The notes beneath the pieces were generated by a model, which saw nothing but the letters and a program-made list of their open reading frames with translations, was not told the DNA's origin and searched no databases. From NCBI GenBank assembly GCA_965226525.1, contig OZ245361.1:468938-532937 (forward strand): DNA of 64,000 bases, given 5' to 3'. Positions 55,114-64,000 of this stretch are shown here, one piece after another; position 1 is the first letter of the stretch; each line of letters starts with the position of its first letter. Source of the DNA: Spiroplasma sp. (GTDB lineage: Bacteria > Bacillota_I > Bacilli_A > Mycoplasmatales > MT37). Made by a program: the position numbers and the translations under genes.

Positions 55114-55767
55114 GTGTGGCAGAAAGATTTAGAAGAAAAGTTTTTTAAGTGCTTTCACTGCCAAAGAAAAGGCTTACTCAGGAAGTATTTTTTTCAAAAA
55201 CAAAAAATTATTGGAGAACAAAAATTTTTCTTTTTCACTTGTTTTAGATGTAAAGAAGTGAATTATTTTTGAAGTTTTGCTGATCAATATTTTTTTACTC
55301 AAAAAATTCATCTTGTTTTACATCAACCAGAAATTGCTGGCAATGTAGGTTCTATTATTCGATTGGCTGTTGCTCTTAATTTGCCATTGCATTTAATTGA
55401 ACCATTTGGTTTTCTTTTTTCTGAAAGTTGATTAAAAAGAAGCAGTGTTAATCATTTTCATTTGGCTAAAATTAAATTGTATTCTGATTGGAATAGTTTT
55501 TCACAACACAACTATAAAGGCGTTTTCATTTTAACTTCTGCTAAGGGTAAAAAAAACTTGAGCACTTTTAACTTTTTAAATTTGAAAAAACCAATTTATT
55601 TAGTTTTTGGATGTGAATCAAAGGGTCTGCCGCTTTCTTTAAAGCAAAAGTACTCTGAACACTTACTTTACATTAAACAACATCACTTAGTTAGGAGTAT
55701 TAATTTGGCAAATGCTGTATCTATTTTTGCTTTTTTTGCTGTTCATCAATACCACAATTTAGATTAA
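55114..55767 (+). CDS. trmL: tRNA (cytidine/uridine-34 2'-O)-methyltransferase TrmL-like (SpoU family) with an N-terminal CxxC...CxxC zinc-ribbon extension
   Basis: The core is IHLVLHQPEIAGNVGSIIRLAVALNLPLHLIEPFGF...YLVFGCESKGLP...SINLANAVSI. The frame opens at 55099 and the only upstream start is GTG 55114, which adds VWQKDLEEKFFKCFHCQRKG...FTCFRCKEVNYFW. Confidence 0.75.
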
Positions 55768-55780
55768 AAAACTGCTTTTG

Positions 55781-55789
55781 TGTTAGAAT
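55781..55789 (+). promoter_or_regulatory. Extended -10 element TGTTAGAAT upstream of tRNA-Gly
   Basis: TGnTAGAAT lies 22 nt upstream of the mature tRNA 5' end. Confidence 0.4.
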
Positions 55790-55811
55790 TTATTCTGTGT
55801 TTCCTTGTTGG

Positions 55812-55886
55812 GCAGATGTAGTTTATTTGGTAGAATATCAGACTTCCAATCTGATGGGGAGGGTTCGGGTCCCTTCATCTGCTCCA
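55812..55886 (+). tRNA. tRNA-Gly, anticodon UCC; CCA is encoded
   Basis: Manual cloverleaf. Acceptor GCAGATG/CATCTGC. Anticodon stem TCAGA/TCTGA with loop CT-TCC-AA. T-arm GAGGG-TTCGGGT-CCCTT. Discriminator T followed by CCA. Confidence 0.85.
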
Positions 55887-55900
55887 TTTTAGTAGTTTTA

Positions 55901-56371
55901 ATGTATTCTTTTTCTTCTTATAAGGTTTTTTGAGCAGTTAGATACCTGATAATTTTAGGTTTTGTAACAGGCATGGTTTTAATATCCTTGCTTTTTCCTC
56001 CTTTCTTTGAAGGAATTTCTAATTTGGTTTTATGGGGTTGAGTTTTGTTTGCTCTTTCTCTTTCTTTTTTTGTTTTTTACTACTTAAATTTGTTTTTTTT
56101 TTGAAAATTTTATGGTTTTGATTTTACTTCCTTCAAAAAAACACTGTTTTTTATTTCTGTCTGTGTTGTTCTTTTTCTTGCTGCTCAGTTTTTCTGCTTG
56201 TTAAGAATTATTAATTTCTTTGATCTAAAACTTTTGGTAGTTGTTTCTATTTTTTGGTCATTAGGAACAGTTTTATCATTTGTTGGTATTTCTCTTTCAA
56301 CTAAGTTTTTATTTGGTTGACAAAAAGAAATGCTTGTTCAACAAAGAAACAAAGAAAAAAAATTAGTGTAA
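55901..56371 (+). CDS. Small integral membrane protein (156 aa), function unknown
   Basis: A continuous code-4 ORF with 4 TGA codons, checked codon by codon. About four hydrophobic segments. It ends 4 nt before trpS. Confidence 0.5.
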
Positions 56372-56375
56372 CAAA

Positions 56376-57371
56376 ATGAAAAATTTATGCACTTCTATTA
56401 CCATTTCAGGTGGTTTAACAATTGCTCACTACTTGTTTATTATTTTGCCACTTTCTTCTTATGTTGATAAGTACAATTTGCTTTTTTCCATCAGTGACTT
56501 ACATGCTATTACAACTAAATATAATTCTAAAGTGTTGCAAGAGTTGCGCCAAGAAACTGCTAGTTACCTTTTTGCTTCTGGAGTAAAACCAGGAGATTTG
56601 TTTGTTCAATCTCAAGTTCGTGGTCATACTGAGTTATGCTTTATTTTTAGCTGTTATATTAGTTGTCAACGTTTGAAAGGAATGCAACAATTCAGAATGA
56701 AGAGTTCTCAAAATAGTTTGACAGAACCATCAACAGTGGGTTTGTTAACCTATCCTTTGTTAATGGCTAGTGACATTTTGCTCTATGATGGTGATGTCTG
56801 GGTGGGCAATGATCAAAAACAACACATAGAATTGGTTTGTCATTTAGCAAATAAATTCAATAATCAAGCAGGTTATAAGGTTTTTCATCCTCCTAAACTG
56901 ATTAAAAGTGATTTTTTTAATTATCGAATTAGAGATTTACAACAACCTGAAAAAAAGATGTCTAAATCTGGAAAGAAAACATCAGGAATAATTTTTCTTT
57001 CTGATAATGAACAAGAGATTAGAAGAAAAATTCAAATTGCTAAAACGGATTCTGAAAACCAAATTTATTTTGATTTTGATAAAAAACCTGGTATCTCTAA
57101 TTTAATTTTGATTTATGCATTGATTAAAAAGATTAGTATTACTGATGCTGAAAAGTATTTACAAGAAAAATGTTCTCACTATGTAGATTTAAAAACAGAA
57201 TTAAGTAATGTAATTGTTGAGTTGTTAAAGTCTTTACAGTTAAAGGCAAAAAAATATCCAGAGAGTTATGTTAAGAAACTTTTACAACAAGGACAAAAAA
57301 AAGCTCAATTGATTGCTAATAAAAAACTTAATCAAATTCAATCTTTTTTTGGTTTTGATTTTGGTTTGTAG
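56376..57371 (+). CDS. trpS: Tryptophan--tRNA ligase
   Basis: ISGGLTIAHY (the TrpRS TIGN-type HIGH variant), SISDLHAIT, GNDQKQHIEL and KMSKS. Confidence 0.9.
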   Translation: MKNLCTSITISGGLTIAHYLFIILPLSSYVDKYNLLFSISDLHAITTKYNSKVLQELRQETASYLFASGVKPGDLFVQSQVRGHTELCFIFSCYISCQRLKGMQQFRMKSSQNSLTEPSTVGLLTYPLLMASDILLYDGDVWVGNDQKQHIELVCHLANKFNNQAGYKVFHPPKLIKSDFFNYRIRDLQQPEKKMSKSGKKTSGIIFLSDNEQEIRRKIQIAKTDSENQIYFDFDKKPGISNLILIYALIKKISITDAEKYLQEKCSHYVDLKTELSNVIVELLKSLQLKAKKYPESYVKKLLQQGQKKAQLIANKKLNQIQSFFGFDFGL

Positions 57372-57380
57372 AGTTTGATA

Positions 57381-59315
57381 TTAATTTTCAAATGCTGAAT
57401 TAATGAATGCTTTTCAGTAGTACTTTTTATAGTTTTTTTGTTTTCAAAATGTTATTAAACTTTCTGTTTCTGCCTTTGTTGTTCAAATGTAATTAATTTT
57501 TTTGGTCTCACTGGGAGAAGTTAAGTATAAAACATTTGCTTCTGTTTCATTTATTTTTGAAGTATTTAGTTTTTCTTGATTGTTTGCAAACATAATTTCA
57601 TTACAAATGTAGTTTTGAATTGGATTGTTTGCAAAAGATTTTTGGTTAGTTGTTATCAAAAACACTCCTGCTAAACCACCTAATTGCATAATTTTAATTG
57701 TTTTTTCTGTGATTTGACTTTGATAAATTAGGATGAGATGGACCAAATTATCAATTATTAAAACAATAAAAGGCATTTTTTTTGCTTGTGGTTTTTCTTG
57801 ATTAAATTTTGTAATATCAGAAACATTAGCATGAGCAAACATAGTAAGTCTTTTTTTAATTTCAGCAATTATTTGCTCCAACATTGTTACTACTAATTTG
57901 TTGTTTTCTACAATTGGCGCTAGTAAATGAGGAATACTTTCAAAAATGTCTAATTTGGTTTTTTTGTGGTTGATGATTAAGAGTTTAAGAGTTGTTGGTG
58001 TGTGTTTATAAATCAAACTACTAATGATGGTTTTTAAACATTGATCTTTTTTTTCATTTTGGTTTTCATCAATGAATATGTGAAATATTTTATTTAATTC
58101 TACTTTAGCAATCTCTTTTAGAGAGTTTTGCCCAATTGCTAACATCAATTTATTTTTGTCATCAGGTATTTTTTTAACAACTTCGCTTCATTGATTTATT
58201 GGATTAATAAAATCATTAGTTGGTGTTTTTTCTTCAGGTGTATTTTGTTTATCTTTTTGTAGGTTGCTAAATAAGTCTGGACTGGGTAATTTTTCTATCA
58301 TTTCATCTTTATTATTTTCTGACTTTCTTTTATCTTCATCTGATAACTCTATTTCAGTTTTAACTATTCAGTCTAAGAATTTTTCATCTGTAGTAGCACT
58401 TTGCCAGTTTGGGTTGCTGTTTACTTTTTGTTTTTGTTCCAGATCTACTTCTATTTTTTGGACTGAATTTGTTTCTGTTTGTTTCAGGGGGGATTCTTGG
58501 TGTTTTTGCTTAATTTGATTAACATTAACTTCTTTTTTTTCTCTGTCTTGAATTTGAATTTTTCTTGCTGTTTGCAACTCAATTGTGAAATCTTGATTTT
58601 CAACTTCATTAAAGATACTGACATTCATTTGGTTTTGCCTGTTTTCATTCAGATTTTGTCACCTAATTTTATTTCTTTTTTGCTGAGAGAGAAAGTAAAA
58701 TCAAACTGAGTTATGCCTTATGTAACTAGTTAGCAAAAATCAACTAAAAAAGTTAAACAACAAAGCAACAAATACTGAAAGAAAACAGGAAATACTAGCA
58801 ACACTTATTCCTAAAATACCACCACTGTCAAAAACTTGGGAAAAAGAGTAGTGATACCTAAAAAAGTCTTGAGCATCAACAATCACATACTCATAAATAC
58901 TGCTATCTAACCATTTCTGAGCATATTTAGGCACTAAACTTGTTGTTAGATAAGCAAAATAATTGGTAAATTCACCATTTTCAACATTTCAAATAATTAC
59001 TCCAACTAATCCTAAAAATCAATAAAAATTAAAAATGATCCAAAATGATTTAATTAAGGTTGTTTTTTTAATTTTTTCAGTGTTAAACTTTATTCCTCTT
59101 GCCTTCCTGATTAAAAGTAAAATGACTAGAATATAGATTACATACTTTGTTCAACCAAAAAGAAAACGAAAAATATCATCAATACCTTGACCAACAATAC
59201 TGAATCTACCCAAACCTAAAAGCAGGAGAATAAAGCAACAAATCCAGAGCAGAACTTTTAAAGTAATTAACCTAGTTTCTTTTGGTATAGCAAGTTTGTT
59301 TATTTTTTCTTTCAT
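57381..59315 (-). CDS. FtsK/SpoIIIE-family protein with an N-terminal membrane domain and a motor domain whose Walker A and B motifs are degenerate
   Basis: Three track ORFs on the minus strand share one frame, and it extends through TGA to TAA (TTA on + at 57381-57383). It is collinear with the SpoIIIE motor (IPHLLAPIV, MPFIVLIIDNLVHLI, AGVFLITTNQKS), but the P-loop position reads IDENQNEKKDQ. Confidence 0.75.
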
Positions 59316-59335
59316 TTTTAGAGTAGTTGAACTTT

Positions 59336-60274
59336 TTATTTTAACTTTTTGTCTTTTTGAACCTGGTGATAGGCAATAATGCCAATCATTGCTGCATTAT
59401 CAGTGCAGTATTCCTTTTTTGGGTATAAAACTGGTATTTCTAGTTTTTTTAACTCTTTTCTCAGTTCATTGTTAGCAGCAACACCACCACCAACAATGAT
59501 GTTTTGAACTTTGTATTGTTTAGTTGCTGTTGCTATTTTTTTTCAAATGTTTTGAAAAATAGTTTTTTGAACAGAGTGAGCAAAATCATTAATTTGAATG
59601 TTTTCTAATCCAGTTTTTTCAATTAGATGGATAGCATGTGTTTTCAAACCTGAAAAAGAAAAATTTAGATTTTTTTTGTCTTGATAAATGTTTAATTTGT
59701 ACTTTCACTTCCCTCTTTTGGCTAGTTTTTCTATTTCTGCTCCAGCTGGATAGGGTAATTTTAACTTTCTTCCAATTTTGTCCAAAGCTTCACCAGCAGC
59801 ATCATCAACTGTTTCTCCAATTTTTTTAAAAATTAACTCTTCAGGAATGTAGTAAAGTTGTGTGTGACCACCACTAATGACTAAACCTAGAGCAGGAAAT
59901 TGAATTTTTTTGCTAAAACTGACAGCATAAATATGAGCATACAAGTGATTAATTTTTAAATTTGGAATGTTACAAATGGTTGTAATACTTTGGGCTAGAG
60001 CCTCCCCCATTTTCAAACAACCAACTAATCCTGGTTTAGCAGCATAAGCAATGAAATCAATTTCTTTTCAAACAATTGCACTTCTTTTTAACATTGTTTG
60101 CAAAATGATAGGCAGTCTATTTGAATGGAGTTTGCTAGCTAATTGTGGAACAACACCACCAAATTTTTGGTGAGTGTCTATTTGACTTCATGTTAAACAA
60201 TCCATTACTTTTTTATTTTGTAAAAAAGCTATACTTGTTTCATCACAACTGCTTTCAATTGCTATAATTTTCAT
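59336..60274 (-). CDS. tsaD: tRNA N6-adenosine threonylcarbamoyltransferase TsaD (Kae1/Gcp family)
   Basis: MKIIAIESSCDETS..., HLYAHIY, VISGGHTQL, DDAAGEALDKIGR and VGGGVAANNELR. It continues through TGA to TAA (59336-59338 on +). Confidence 0.9.
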
Positions 60275-60312
60275 TACTGTTTAGAATTATAACTTTTTAT
60301 TTTTTGTTTGTA

Positions 60313-60321
60313 TGTTAAAAT
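60313..60321 (+). promoter_or_regulatory. Extended -10 element TGTTAAAAT upstream of rpsU
   Basis: TGnTAAAAT lies 30 nt before the rpsU ATG. Confidence 0.45.
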
Positions 60322-60351
60322 TCTCTACACTGGTTTTTTTGCTTTTTTATT

Positions 60352-60510
60352 ATGGTAATAGTTAAGTTGAGAGAAGGTGAAGGTGTTGGTGCTTTGATCA
60401 AGAGGTTCAAACGTATTTCACAGTTTAAAAAGAATAAATTCAAAGAGAGAGAGTACTTTATCAAACCTTCTAAAAGAAGAAGTTTAGGTAACTCTAGAAG
60501 AGGTTATTAG
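60352..60510 (+). CDS. rpsU: 30S ribosomal protein S21
   Basis: MVIVKLREGEGVGALIKRFKRISQFKKNKFKEREYFIKPSKRRSLGNSRRGY (52 aa, untracked). Confidence 0.85.
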   Translation: MVIVKLREGEGVGALIKRFKRISQFKKNKFKEREYFIKPSKRRSLGNSRRGY

Positions 60511-60521
60511 GGGAAAAACTG

Positions 60522-60569
60522 CTGTTTTTAGTAGCGACCTCTTTCAAACAGTGTTTTTTGCTTTTTTTT
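60522..60569 (+). terminator. Weak candidate intrinsic terminator after rpsU
   Basis: CTGTTT (60522-60527) pairs with AAACAG (60546-60551) across an 18-nt loop, followed by TGTTTTTTGCTTTTTTTT. The stem is short and the loop is large. Confidence 0.3.
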
Positions 60570-60620
60570 CAATGGCAGGGTTTATCATAGTTTTTACCCT
60601 GAGATAAGTTTGTTAACTGT

Positions 60621-61040
60621 TTATTTGCTGAATTTTAGTTTTTTTCAAACATCTTCTAAGTTGCTTGCTTCCTCTTTTGTGTTTTGTTTGTATGATAGAC
60701 CATATTTTTTTTCATACTTTGGAATAATATGAAGATGGTAATGATTAACAACTTGTCCAGCAATAGCATTGAAGTTGTTGACAATGTTAAAACCCTTGGG
60801 TTGTAGTTTGTTGATTAACAGTTGAGTTGTGAGTTGTGCTTTTTTGTGAATGGCAAACAAATCACTATCACTTAGTTGCAAAATGTTTTGGCAACATTTC
60901 TTAGGAACTACTAAACAGTGTCCTTTTGTAACTGGTTTAACATCTAAGAAAACAATTACATTTTCATCTTCAAAAAGTGTTCAGGATTGAATCTTTTTTT
61001 GAACAATTTTACAAAAAACACAATTTTTACTATTTCTCAT
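60621..61040 (-). CDS. HIT-family nucleotide hydrolase
   Basis: CVFCKIVQKK...VFLDVKPVTKGHCLVVPK and the histidine triad NHYHLHIIP. It extends through TGA to TAA (TTA on + at 60621-60623). Confidence 0.85.
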
Positions 61041-61131
61041 TGACAAGGTTAAGAATCACTTTTTAACTATCTATAATATTATATTGGGAACTTGTCTGTA
61101 ATGGGGCAGGGATTTTGTTTTGTTTTTTTGT

Positions 61132-63990
61132 ATGAATAAATCAGGAATAATTTGAAAACTATCTAAGTATATTTTTGGTGTCTTGCTTTTTAAGAATTTT
61201 TACAAGTATGCTCTTATTTTACTTTCTGTTTTGTTCTCTACTTCAATTTTGTTACCAATTTTACAAGCAGAGTGAATGTCTTTTACAAAGAATGAAGAGA
61301 TTGTGCAAAAGAGCAACAACTTTGATTTTTATTTTCAATTGCCAAATAGAAAAAGATTTTTGAAGTTAAAACAGGAGTCAGGTGACAAACTAGTTGGTTT
61401 TGAATCTGTCCATGATGTTGTTGATAAAATTGTTCAGAAGAAAAAGCAGAGTTATGAATTTAGTTCCCTTTTGGTTTATAAAGCTAATTTAATTGATTTT
61501 GAGGATAAGAAGTTTTTTTCTATTGAAACTTCTGCTTTTGCTGAAAAGGCAGATCCAGAAAGCATCAACAAAGTTGTTTTAACAGCAGGCAGAGAGCCTG
61601 CTAAAGGATCCAATTCAGAAGTAGTCATAAATTCTAAATTTGCTAAAAAAAACAAAATTCTTTTAGGTCAAGAGATTGAAGTTGTTGATTTGACTTTTGT
61701 TGTTGTTGGTTTTGCTGATGCAGCAAATAATTTGTCATTGAATTTTCAAACTACAATGAAGGTTGAACAAAGTCTTGGTATTGATAAGAAAGAGGATGAT
61801 CTTTATTATCATTATGGAATCTTTTATGTTAATGAAGAGTCATTTTTGAACATTTATAAATTGAAGAAGTTTAATAATTTTGAAAACATCTTATACTTGA
61901 AATTTCCTCCAGAGGTAAATTTGCAAGCAAAAAAAAATGATTTTTTAATTGCCATTCAAAAAGAAATAAATTATGATCCTAAGGTAGTTTTTTTTCAATC
62001 TGATTTATCTTCAGGTTTGAAAAAGTTTCTTATTACTTTTGAGATTTATATTTTGATAGTGGTTTACTTTTTGATCTTTAGTTTTTTACTTTTTTGATTG
62101 TGTTTTTTAAATCTTTCTGCTTACAAAAAGGAAAAAAAATTTAGATTACTTGTTAATACTTTTGGTTTCTCTCATTTTTTAATTGCTCTATCCTTTTTTT
62201 TGATTAATTTTTTTGCTTTGTTTTTGATCTCAATTGGTGGTTTTTTCTTTACCGCCCCACTAAGTGACTATTTTTTTTCTTACAATGACCAACTTTCTTT
62301 CTTATCATTTGAAGTTGTTGTTTTTTACTGGGAATTTTTTTTGATCCAAATTGTTCTTTTTCCTCTTCTTTGAGCTTTATTTTCTAGTTTCTTTCTTTTT
62401 TACAAGATGAAGGATAAAAATTTACTTTACTCTTGACAGGGTGATAAAAGACTTTTTAATTATGAAAATACAGACACTTTTTTTTACAGAATTGGTTGAA
62501 AGAAACTACCTTTTTGATTTTTTTCTTCTCCCAAAATAAAGGTGTTTTTGTTGTTTGTTTTCCAAGATTTTGGCAAAAAAATACTTTTGCTTGGTTCTAA
62601 TATTTTGTTTTTTGTTTTCTTTTTTTTGCTGGTTTTTACCAAAGTTTCTAGCAGTAATTTTATTGATAATCAGTGAAGTTTTTTGAACAAGGATGTAAAA
62701 AGTTTTACTAAACTGTCTGATCACATCTCAATAGATCAAAATAATCTCTTAAAAAGTGAAGTAGATTTTGTCTCTGAGCAGAATTTAAATGAGCAAAATT
62801 TACAAAAAATTTCTAGTCTAGATCAGTTGAATTTAAAAAAAACTGGTTGTATTTTTTCAGCACAAAGGAGAGATGATTTACTGGCATGTGGTTTGCAAAA
62901 ACAATTTATTGATCAAAGCATTGAATCTACTAAACTTAGAAAATATATGCAACAATTTGGTATTGAAAAGATTTATTTCAATAATGTTCCTTATCAAAAA
63001 GAGAAAGAGATACTGGTTTTAGTTGGAAAAGTAAATAATCAAAATTTAAGCAGTGAGATTTATTTTATGCCTGCCAAGTGACCAGATTATTTTCAAATAA
63101 CAGATTTAGAATCAAAAGTTAATGATTTTCAGTTTCAAGCTAATGGTAAATTAGGTACTGATTCTGCTGGTTTTCAATATGTTTTAGTGCCAGAGCATTG
63201 GAAGAAAAAAGGTTATAAACTGAATGATTTGATCACTTTTAACAACATTAGTTTTGATTGGTTGCTTTTATCTCAGCAGGTAAAATTCAGAATTGCCGGC
63301 TTTATTTCAAATGACAAATTAATTCGTAATACTTTATTCACTGATTATGATTATCTTTTGCAAGAAAAGATAGTTTCTTCAACAACACCAGAACAAAAAA
63401 AACCCTACAATTTTATTTTTTCAGCTACAGAAAAAAAACATTTAAAAAAATACTTGGTTTTGAATTTAAATAAGGTTGATATTGAAAAGTTGTCAGTTTT
63501 TCAACAGGACCAGAATTTTGATCTTAATTTTTTTTCTTTTACAAATTTAGAATCTCTTACTCTTTCTGAGTTTTACAATTTATCTAATTTCCATCTGGAA
63601 ATTTATCAAATTTATTTCCTTTTTTTGATTGCTTTTAGTGCATTGTTTCTTTTCTTTCTGCTGCTAATATTTCTTAATACTGCCTTTAGCAGTCACAATA
63701 AAATTGCTACTAACTTGGTTGTTTTTGGTTATCATTTCAAGGAATCTCTCTGAGGTTTTTCTCTAGTTACAATTGCTTGTCTTTTGTTGGGTTTTTTAAT
63801 TGCTTTTCTTTTAGCTTTTGCTCTGTTTATTTTTTTGAGCAATTTTTTTGCAACAGTCAACATCTATCTGTTTGCTGTTAACATCTGAGATTACTTTTTT
63901 TATGGTTTAGGAGCAGTTTTATTTGTCTTTCTAGTTACCCTTTTTTATAATTTTAGTTATCCAAAAAAGAGTAAAATAAAGGCAAGGTAA
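61132..63990 (+). CDS. Large ABC-transporter permease of the FtsX/MacB type (952 aa, duplicated architecture)
   Basis: Four track ORFs share one frame joined by TGA, and the 62373-62683 gap was checked codon by codon. It has an N-terminal TM segment, a MacB-like extracytoplasmic domain (VVLTAGREPAKGSNSEVVINSKFAKKNKILLGQEIEVVDLTFVVVGFAD), a TM cluster, a second large loop and a C-terminal TM cluster. TAA stop at 63988-63990. Confidence 0.8.
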
Positions 63991-64000
63991 AAAGTTAGGT

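Noticed and set aside
1006-62724. Antisense or overlapping 'shadow' ORFs in the track: 1006-1221(-), 3257-3490(-), 5655-6038(+), 7294-7581(-), 7560-7748(-), 8921-9175(-), 10130-10315(-), 13647-13847(-), 14230-14439(-), 14276-14488(+), 16904-17086(-), 20052-20237(+), 20458-20736(-), 22925-23206(-), 22986-23213(-), 23539-23895(-), 25335-25532(-), 26783-26971(-), 30872-31075(-), 32195-32398(-), 32214-32429(+), 33705-33950(+), 36310-36492(-), 37666-37890(-), 41697-41921(-), 44574-44903(-), 45893-46087(-), 47261-47515(-), 48370-48564(-), 51410-51622(-), 58264-58518(+), 58479-58709(+), 59638-59829(+), 61175-61363(+) and 62506-62724(-).
   Set aside because: Each lies entirely within, or out of frame with, a well-supported conserved gene. 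None has recognisable motifs, and their composition is typical of off-frame translation of AT-rich coding DNA.
1-64000. The ORF track shows many adjacent same-strand fragments 'terminated' by TGA (for example 10938/11133/11694/11931/12213, or 19163/19907/20567/21191/21722). These could be read as pseudogenes or split genes.
   Set aside because: The fragments are always in the same frame, and TGA falls at conserved Trp positions (the S14 and S8 C-termini, CysS WK/PWG, L16, L4). This is genetic code 4, not gene decay. Only rpsH shows a true frame change.
1-64000. CRISPR arrays, rRNA operons, IS elements or transposases, integrases, phage or restriction-modification and toxin-antitoxin modules.
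   Set aside because: I saw none. There are no spaced direct-repeat arrays and no 16S/23S/5S-like segments. No DDE, serine or tyrosine recombinase motifs appear in any merged ORF. The window is almost entirely core housekeeping genes.

Overview
This 64-kb window comes from a Mollicutes (Mycoplasma-like) chromosome. It is roughly 30% GC by eye and I cannot assign a species from sequence alone. The genome uses genetic code 4 (TGA = Trp). Conserved Trp positions are TGA, for example S14 ends ...KKASW, S8 ends ...YVW, and CysS has FALWK..SPWG. Most fragments in the supplied ORF track therefore fuse in frame into full-length genes, and all coordinates below are my code-4 merges.

I call about 72 CDS and 2 tRNAs. 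I saw no rRNA, CRISPR array or recognisable IS/transposase. The content is core housekeeping: dnaB (3' end), ung, cysS-rlmB, pdp, secE-nusG-rplKAJL, rpmE-ssb-rpsR, gltX, trxB, argS, pyrG, rpoBC, rpiB, uvrC, the S10-spc-alpha ribosomal cluster, ecfA1A2T, rplM-rpsI, a UvrD-type helicase, trmL, trpS, tsaD, rpsU, a HIT protein and a giant FtsX-type permease.

The observations most worth a second look are:
- An untracked 31-aa gene with 10 Cys (metallothionein-like) that has its own promoter, SD and terminator at 27100-27312.
- A 4.4-kb insertion that splits the S10/spc operon between rpmC and rpsQ. It carries a 953-codon ORF (about 640 aa of novel Trp-rich tandem modules fused to a MacB-type ABC ATPase) plus lysS.
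- An apparent 1-nt frameshift in the essential rpsH gene.
- A tRNA-Ile with anticodon UAU.
- An RDD membrane domain in frame with the UvrD-like helicase.
- A zinc-ribbon extension on TrmL.
- An FtsK/SpoIIIE homolog with eroded Walker A and B motifs.

Start codons are often uncertain by a few codons. All function calls rest on motif recognition by eye, not on database searches.
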